Position numbers and translations under genes: made by a program
Shown here: piece by piece, positions 54,301 to 63,300 of the stretch
Layout: every line of letters begins with the position of its first letter
Numbering within the stretch: the stretch's first letter is position 1
DNA from: Candidatus Oxydemutatoraceae bacterium
GTDB taxonomy: Bacteria > Pseudomonadota > Gammaproteobacteria > Poriferisulfidales > Oxydemutatoraceae
Assembly: GCA_965211995.1 (NCBI GenBank)
Contig: OZ243040.1
Location: 1,362,163 to 1,426,162 of the forward strand
Direction of reading: 5' to 3'
Length of the DNA stretch: 64,000 bases
Notes under the pieces: generated by a model
Seen by the model: the letters and a program-made list of their open reading frames with translations, nothing else
What the model was told of the DNA's origin: nothing
Database searches by the model: none

Positions 54301-57300
54301 GTCATCCACCGCCACCGGCGCGTCGTTTATTGGTCTGATCTCAATAGTCACCGTCGCCACGTTGGTGCTGTCCAACTCGCCGTCGTTCACCCGGTAGGTG
54401 AAACTGTCCGACGTCGTCTCGCTGCCGTCGTGCTGATAACTGAATGTCCCGTCCAAAGCCAGCGTAAACGCCCCCCCCTCGTGGCGGGCCGGCCCATTCT
54501 CCAGTCTGGCGGTTAAACCGCTCCGATCCGTATCCGCATCCGTGTCGTTGGCCAGCACGCTCGTCTCACCGCCCTCCAGCACCGTCGCCGTGCCGTCCTC
54601 GTCCACCGTGATCGTGTCATCCACCGCCACCGGCGGGTCGTTCACCCCGATCACCGTCACCGTCACCGTCCCCGTCGTGTTCGCCGCCGCCTGCACCACG
54701 AACTCCTCATCCGGAGCATCATTCGTATTCAGCGCGTCCGTTCTCGTACTTGCGTCGTCCAGTTCATACGTCCATACATCACCCGTGATCGAAAGCGTCC
54801 CATACGTCCCGATGCCGTCCTCCCCTGCCGCCAGACCAAACGACACAGCCGACGCCTCCACGTTCACCGCCCGCAACACCCCCGTCGCCGTCGCCGACTC
54901 CGACTCCGCGACATCCCCCGACGCCTCCATCACAGTCCCGCTCAATATCCCCCCGACCACCGCCACCGAGTCCGGCCCCGACGCGATCACCTCCACATTC
55001 ACCTCGTCTCTCCCGACCCCATCCCGTGCGTCGGTCACCGCCAACTCGAACGTCAACGTCACGTCCCCGCTCAACCCCGTCGGCGCCGTGAACGTCGCAT
55101 CCTCGCTATCATCATCAGTCAACACCACGTTGTTGCCCGTGACGTCCGTCTGCCTCCAACTGAAAGTTGTCAACTCGTCGCCATCCGGATCCGTCGCGCT
55201 GCCGCTCAGCGTCACACTATCCCCCTCACCCACGATCTGATCCTCGCCCGCGTTCACCACCGGCACGTTGTTAGTGTCCGCCTCCACCGTCACCGCCACC
55301 GGGGATGCCTCATCCGTCTCCTCGTCGTCTCTCACTATCAAACTCAACGTCACATCCCCCTCATCCGCCGGCGCCGTCCACGTCGTCACCACAGCCTCCA
55401 TATCGTTGAACGTGCCCACGGCTGAACCGTCCGCGTCCACCGCGCTCCACAGGTAGGTCAATGTGTCCCCGGTGTCCACGTCGCTGCTGCCGCTGCCGTC
55501 CAACTCCACCGTCGTGCCGCCTACCACCGTCAGTGCGCCGCCCGCTTCCACGGTTGTCCCGTTCGCCTGCGCGGTGAACGCCGCCGTCGGCGCGTCGTTC
55601 GCGCCGGTCACCGTGATCACCACCGTCGCCGACACATCAAAGCGACCGCCGTCGCCGAACTGCGCCGACACCCCGAATTCATCGTTCACTTCATCGCCTG
55701 CGCCCAACCCCTGCACCGCAGTACTCCTGTTGTCCAGCACGTAGATCCATTCCGCTGCATTGCCGGATGTCCCGGGAGCGAACGTCCCATATTGACCGTC
55801 CTGCTCACTCACCGTGAATTGCGCATCCCTAATATCTTCACCGCTCTCATCCGCAAGACTCAGAAAGCCTCCTACCTCCAGAACATCGTCCTCCGTGACA
55901 AACCCCGTTGTACCAAAGAACATGACCGTCGGGGCCTGCGCCTCCATCACCGCGATGGTGTACCTCACGGTCGCCACGTCGTCGTCAAAATCCCTCACCC
56001 TGTGTATGTAGTTGGTCTCAACCTGCACCGACCTCGCAGTGCCTCCCAAAACCGGGGAAAAACCGAAAGCGCCGCTGCCGCCGTCAAACTCCAATCCGTC
56101 CGGCAGACCGCCTCCCCCCTCCGCCTCGAACGAGTAAGTCAAACTCGAGTTGCCGCTGATCGCCGTCTCCAGGTTTTGGGCGACTGCATCGCCCACCGTG
56201 TAAATCAAAGCGCGGTTCGCAACAAGATCGAAAGCCGCCTCGGCGTCCACCAGCACCCTCGCCTCCGTGGTCGCACTGGCAACCCCGTCACTCACCGTCA
56301 GCATCAAGGTCACCCCCGCTCCCCTCACCCGCGTCGGCGCCGTCCACTGCGTATTCGCCTCGCTGGGTCGGGTGAAAACATTCGCGCCCAGATCGTCCGG
56401 GATCACGCTCCACTCGTAGGTCAACTCAGCGCCGGCGTCCACGTCGTCGCCGCTGCCGACCAGGTCCACCGCCGCACCCCCCGTCACCGTGCTGTCCGCC
56501 GCCACGGTTATCCCATTCACCTGCACGATGAACGCCGCCGTCGGCGCGTCGTTCGCGCCTATCACCGTGATCGCCACCTCCGCCGTCGCCCCCGCCGCCG
56601 TCACCCCGAACGTGTCCGTCCCGCTGCTGCCCTGCGCCAGTGCGTTGGTCTCATCGGCGCCGTTGTCCAGCGTGTAAGTCCACAGACCGTCCGCATTAAT
56701 GCTGAACGTCCCATACGTGCCGGGACTCTCACCCTGCACATCAAAGTCAACGTCCGGACTGACCGTCAACTGCCCCGTCGCCATATTCCGGCCCACATCG
56801 TCCTCGACCACCGTCCCCGTCACCGTGCCGCTGATCTCCGGCGTCACCGGCGCCGCCTGCACCGTCACCTCCGCCGTCGCCTCATCCGTCCTCCCCTCGG
56901 GGAGTTCGTCGTCGCTCACCGTCAATGTCAACACCACATTCCCCGCAACATCCGGCGCCCTCCACGTCGTATCCGCAATCTCCGCATTGCCGAAACCGCC
57001 CGCATCGCCGCCGCCCGTGCGCGCCGCACTCCACGCATAAGTCAATACGGCGTCCTCGTCGTCCACGTCAGATCCCATCCCCTCCAAACTCACCTCCTCC
57101 CCGACCGTCACCGTCGCCGGCGGATCCACAATCTCCGCCACCGGCGCGTCGTTCGCCCCCGTCACCGTGATCACCACCTCGCCCTCCGTGTCGTCCGCCG
57201 CCGTCACCGTGAACTCGTCCACCTGTGTGTCGCCCGCCCCCAGCGCTTCGGTGTCCGGGTCACCGTTGTCCAGCACGTACTCCCAATTCCCGTTGGCTTC

Positions 57301-60300
57301 AAGAGTGAACGTCCCATACACCCCCTCCACCGACGCCCCCGCCGGCGCATTGACCTCCACCGCATTCACCAAATCGCCGCTCGCCGCCACCGATGCGATG
57401 CGGTTCTCCCCGTCCACGTCGCTTACTGTCACCACCACCGTCGCCGTCGCCGTCGTGCGATCATCATCGTCCTCGGTCACCTCCCCGGTGAGATCCCCGC
57501 TGAACACCGCCGGGTCGTTCGCTCCGGTCACCGTGATCTCCACCTCCGCCTCAGCGCCGTCCGTCGTCGTCACCCTGAACACGTCGTCCGCCGTGACGCC
57601 CGCCCCCAGCCTGTTCGTCTCCACCCCGCCGTTGTCCAGCACGTACTCCCATCTCCCGTTGGCTTCAAGAGTGAACCTCCCGTACGTGCCGAGACTATCA
57701 GGCTGCGCCTCAAACCCAGCGCCCGTAGCCGCCGTGTTGACCGTCACCGTCCCCGTCGCCGTTGTCGCCTGCGCGTCGTCCTCGGTCACCGCCCCGGCGA
57801 GATTCCCGCTGATACTGCTTGCCTGCACCGTGACCGTCACCTCCGCCTGACCCGTCGCGCCGTCCCCGTCCCTCACCATCAACATGAACACCAGATCCGT
57901 GTCCCCGTCCACCGGCGGCGCCGTGAACACCAGCATGTTGCCCGTGTTAATGTCGGTGAGATCCACCCCCGTCCCCTGCAGCGTCCACACGAACGTCAGC
58001 AATGTGCTGTCCGTATCGCTTGAACCGCTACCGTCCAGCGTCACCTCCGCGCCCTCCAACACGGGGGGCGTGGTCACCAACCTCGCCACCGCCACCGGCG
58101 CGTCGTTTATTGGTCCGATATCAATAGTCACCGTCGCCACGTCGGCGCTGTCCAACTCGCCGTCGTTCACCCGGTAGGTGAAACTGTCCGACCGCGGCGT
58201 CTCGCTGCCGTCGTGGGTATAACTGAATGTCCCGTCCGAATTCAGACTAAATGGCACGGCGTGGTCCGGCCCACTCACCAACTCGGCGATTAAATCGCTC
58301 CGATCCGTATCCGCATCCGTGTCGTTGTCCAGCACGCTCGTCTCACCGCTATCCAGCGCCGTCGCCGTGCCGCCCTCGTCCACCGTGATCGCGTCATCCA
58401 CCGCCACCGGCGCGTCGTTTATTGGTCTGATCTCAATAGTCACCGTCGCCACGTTGGTGCTGTCCAACTCGCCGTCGTTCACCCGGTAGGTGAAACTGTC
58501 CGACGTCGTCTCGCTGCCGTCGTGCTGATAACTGAATGTCCCGTCCAAAGCCAGCGTAAACGCCCCCCCCTCGTGGCGGGCCGGCCCATTCTCCAGTCTG
58601 GCGGTTAAACCGCTCCGATCCGTATCCGCATCCGTGTCGTTGGCCAGCACGCTCGTCTCACCGCCCTCCAGCACCGTCGCCGTGCCGTCCTCGTCCACCG
58701 TGATCGTGTCATCCACCGCCACCGGCGGGTCGTTCACCCCGATCACCGTCACCGTCACCGTCCCCGTCGTGTTCGCCGCCGCCTGCACCACGAACTCCTC
58801 ATCCGGAGCATCATTCGTATTCAGCGCGTCCGTTCTCGTACTTGCGTCGTCCAGTTCATACGTCCATACATCACCCGTGATCGAAAGCGTCCCATACGTC
58901 CCGATGCCGTCCTCCCCTGCCGCCAGACCAAACGACACAGCCGACGCCTCCACGTTCACCGCCCGCAACACCCCCGTCGCCGTCGCCGACTCCGACTCCG
59001 CGACATCCCCCGACGCCTCCATCACAGTCCCGCTCAATATCCCCCCGACCACCGCCACCGAGTCCGGCCCCGACGCGATCACCTCCACATTCACCTCGTC
59101 TCTCCCGACCCCATCCCGTGCGTCGGTCACCGCCAACTCGAACGTCAACGTCACGTCCCCGCTCAACCCCGTCGGCGCCGTGAACGTCGCATCCTCGCTA
59201 TCATCATCAGTCAACACCACGTTGTTGCCCGTGACGTCCGTCTGCCTCCAACTGAAAGTTGTCAACTCATCGCCATCCGGATCCGTCGCGCTGCCGCTCA
59301 GCGTCACACTATCCCCCTCGCCCACGATCTGATCCTCGCCCGCGTTCACCACCGGCACGTTGTTAGTGTCCGCCTCCACCGTCACCGCCACCGCCGTCGA
59401 ATCCGACAGCCCGTCCAACCCCTGCTCGGTCACCGTCAACATGAATGTCAACACCTCGTCATCAACCAGCCCCGACGGCGCCGTGAACGTCAGCTGCTGC
59501 ACGTTGGTGACGACATCAGACAAAACCTCGCCCGGGCCGACCGTCTGAACCCACTCGAACGTCAACGTATCGCCCTCCGGATCGCTCGAACCGCTCCCGT
59601 CCAGTGTCACCACAGCCCTCGCGGCCGCGGTCGTCGGGCTCGCCACCGCCACCGCCGTTGGCGTGTCGTTTATTGGTCTGATATCAATAGTCACCGTCGC
59701 CACGTTGGTGCTGTCCAACTCGCCGTCGTTCACCCGGTAGGTGAAACTGTCCGACGTCGTCTCGCTGCCGTCGTGCTGATAACTGAATGTCCCGTCCAAA
59801 GCCAGCGTAAACGCCCCCCCCTCGTGGCGGGCCGGCCCATTCTCCAGTCTGGCGGTTAAATCGCTCCGATCCGTATCCACATCCGTGTCGTTGTCCAGCA
59901 CGCTCGTCTCACCGCTATCCAGCGCCGTCGCCGTGCCGCCCTCGTCCACCGCGATCCTGTCATCCACCGCCACCGGCGCGTCGTTTATTGGTCTGATCTC
60001 AATAGTCACCGTCGCCACGTTGGTGCTGTCCAACTCGCCGTCGTTCACCCGGTAGGTGAAACTGTCCGACGTCGTCTCGCTGCCGTCGTGCTGATAACTG
60101 AATGTCCCGTCCAAAGCCAGCGTAAACGCCCCCCCCTCGTGGCGGGCCGGCCCATTCTCCAGTCTGGCGGTTAAACCGCTCCGATCCGTATCCGCATCCG
60201 TGTCGTTGGCCAGCACGCTCGTCTCACCGCCCTCCAGCACCGTCGCCGTGCCGTCCTCGTCCACCGTGATCGTGTCATCCACCGCCACCGGCGGGTCGTT

Positions 60301-63300
60301 CACCCCGATCACCGTCACCGTCACCGTCCCCGTCGTGTTCGCCGCCGCCTGCACCACGAACTCCTCATCCGGAGCATCATTCGTATTCAGCGCGTCCGTT
60401 CTCGTACTTGCGTCGTCCAGTTCATACGTCCATACATCACCCGTGATCGAAAGCGTCCCATACGTCCCGATGCCGTCCTCCCCTGCCGCCAGACCAAACG
60501 ACACAGCCGACGCCTCCACGTTCACCGCCCGCAACACCCCCGTCGCCGTCGCCGACTCCGACTCCGCGACATCCCCCGACGCCTCCATCACAGTCCCGCT
60601 CAATATCCCCCCGACCACCGCCACCGAGTCCGGCCCCGACGCGATCACCTCCACATTCACCTCGTCTCTCCCGACCCCATCCCGTGCGTCGGTCACCGCC
60701 AACTCGAACGTCAACGTCACGTCCCCGCTCAACCCCGTCGGCGCCGTGAACGTCGCATCCTCGCTATCATCATCAGTCAACACCACGTTGTTGCCCGTGA
60801 CGTCCGTCTGCCTCCAACTGAAAGTTGTCAACTCGTCGCCATCCGGATCCGTCGCGCTGCCGCTCAGCGTCACACTATCCCCCTCACCCACGATCTGATC
60901 CTCGCCCGCGTTCACCACCGGCACGTTGTTAGTGTCCGCCTCCACCGTCACCGCCACCGGGGATGCCTCATCCGTCTCCTCGTCGTCTCTCACTATCAAA
61001 CTCAACGTCACATCCCCCTCATCCGCCGGCGCCGTCCACGTCGTCACCACAGCCTCCATATCGTTGAACGTGCCCACGGCTGAACCGTCCGCGTCCACCG
61101 CGCTCCACAGGTAGGTCAATGTGTCCCCGGTGTCCACGTCGCTGCTGCCGCTGCCGTCCAACTCCACCGTCGTGCCGCCTACCACCGTCAGTGCGCCGCC
61201 CGCTTCCACGGTTGTCCCGTTCGCCTGCGCGGTGAACGCCGCCGTCGGCGCGTCGTTCGCGCCGGTCACCGTGATCACCACCGTCGCCGACACATCAAAG
61301 CGACCGCCGTCGCCGAACTGCGCCGACACCCCGAATTCATCGTTCACTTCATCGCCTGCGCCCAACCCCTGCACCGCAGTACTCCTGTTGTCCAGCACGT
61401 AGATCCATTCCGCTGCATTGCCGGATGTCCCGGGAGCGAACGTCCCATATTGACCGTCCTGCTCACTCACCGTGAATTGCGCATCCCTAATATCTTCACC
61501 GCTCTCATCCGCAAGACTCAGAAAGCCTCCTACCTCCAGAACATCGTCCTCCGTGACAAACCCCGTTGTACCAAAGAACATGACCGTCGGGGCCTGCGCC
61601 TCCATCACCGCGATGGTGTACCTCACGGTCGCCACGTCGTCGTCAAAATCCCTCACCCTGTGTATGTAGTTGGTCTCAACCTGCACCGACCTCGCAGTGC
61701 CTCCCAAAACCGGGGAAAAACCGAAAGCGCCGCTGCCGCCGTCAAACTCCAATCCGTCCGGCAGACCGCCTCCCCCCTCCGCCTCGAACGAGTAAGTCAA
61801 ACTCGAGTTGCCGCTGATCGCCGTCTCCAGGTTTTGGGCGACTGCATCGCCCACCGTGTAAATCAAAGCGCGGTTCGCAACAAGATCGAAAGCCGCCTCG
61901 GCGTCCACCAGCACCCTCGCCTCCGTGGTCGCACTGGCAACCCCGTCACTCACCGTCAGCATCAAGGTCACCCCCGCTCCCCTCACCCGCGTCGGCGCCG
62001 TCCACTGCGTATTCGCCTCGCTGGGTCGGGTGAAAACATTCGCGCCCAGATCGTCCGGGGTCACGCTCCACTCGTAGGTCAACTCAGCGCCGGCGTCCAC
62101 GTCGTCGCCGCTGCCGACCAGGTCCACCGCCGCACCCCCCGTCACCGTGCTGTCCGCCGCCACGGTTATCCCATTCACCTGCACGATGAACGCCGCCGTC
62201 GGCGCGTCGTTCGCGCCTATCACCGTGATCGCCACCTCCGCCGTCGCCCCCGCCGCCGTCACCCCGAACGTGTCCGTCCCGCTGCTGCCCTGCGCCAGTG
62301 CGTTGGTCTCATCGGCGCCGTTGTCCAGCGTGTAAGTCCACAGACCGTCCGCATTAATGCTGAACGTCCCATACGTGCCGGGACTCTCACCCTGCACATC
62401 AAAGTCAACGTCCGGACTGACCGTCAACTGCCCCGTCGCCATATTCCGGCCCACATCGTCCTCGACCACCGTCCCCGTCACCGTGCCGCTGATCTCCGGC
62501 GTCACCGGCGCCGCCTGCACCGTCACCTCCGCCGTCGCCTCATCCGTCCTCCCCTCGGGGAGTTCGTCGTCGCTCACCGTCAATGTCAACACCACATTCC
62601 CCGCAACATCCGGCGCCCTCCACGTCGTATCCGCAATCTCCGCATTGCCGAAACCGCCCGCATCGCCGCCGCCCGTGCGCGCCGCACTCCACGCATAAGT
62701 CAATACGGCGTCCTCGTCGTCCACGTCAGATCCCATCCCCTCCAAACTCACCTCCTCCCCGACCGTCACCGTCGCCGGCGGATCCACAATCTCCGCCACC
62801 GGCGCGTCGTTCGCCCCCGTCACCGTGATCACCACCTCGCCCTCCGTGTCGTCCGCCGCCGTCACCGTGAACTCGTCCACCTGTGTGTCGCCCGCCCCCA
62901 GCGCTTCGGTGTCCGGGTCACCGTTGTCCAGCACGTACTCCCAATTCCCGTTGGCTTCAAGAGTGAACGTCCCATACACCCCCTCCACCGACGCCCCCGC
63001 CGGCGCATTGACCTCCACCGCATTCACCAAATCGCCGCTCGCCGCCACCGATGCGATGCGGTTCTCCCCGTCCACGTCGCTTACTGTCACCACCACCGTC
63101 GCCGTCGCCGTCGTGCGATCATCATCGTCCTCGGTCACCTCCCCGGTGAGATCCCCGCTGAACACCGCCGGGTCGTTCGCTCCGGTCACCGTGATCTCCA
63201 CCTCCGCCTCAGCGCCGTCCGTCGTCGTCACCCTGAACACGTCGTCCGCCGTGACGCCCGCCCCCAGCCTGTTCGTCTCCACCCCGCCGTTGTCCAGCAC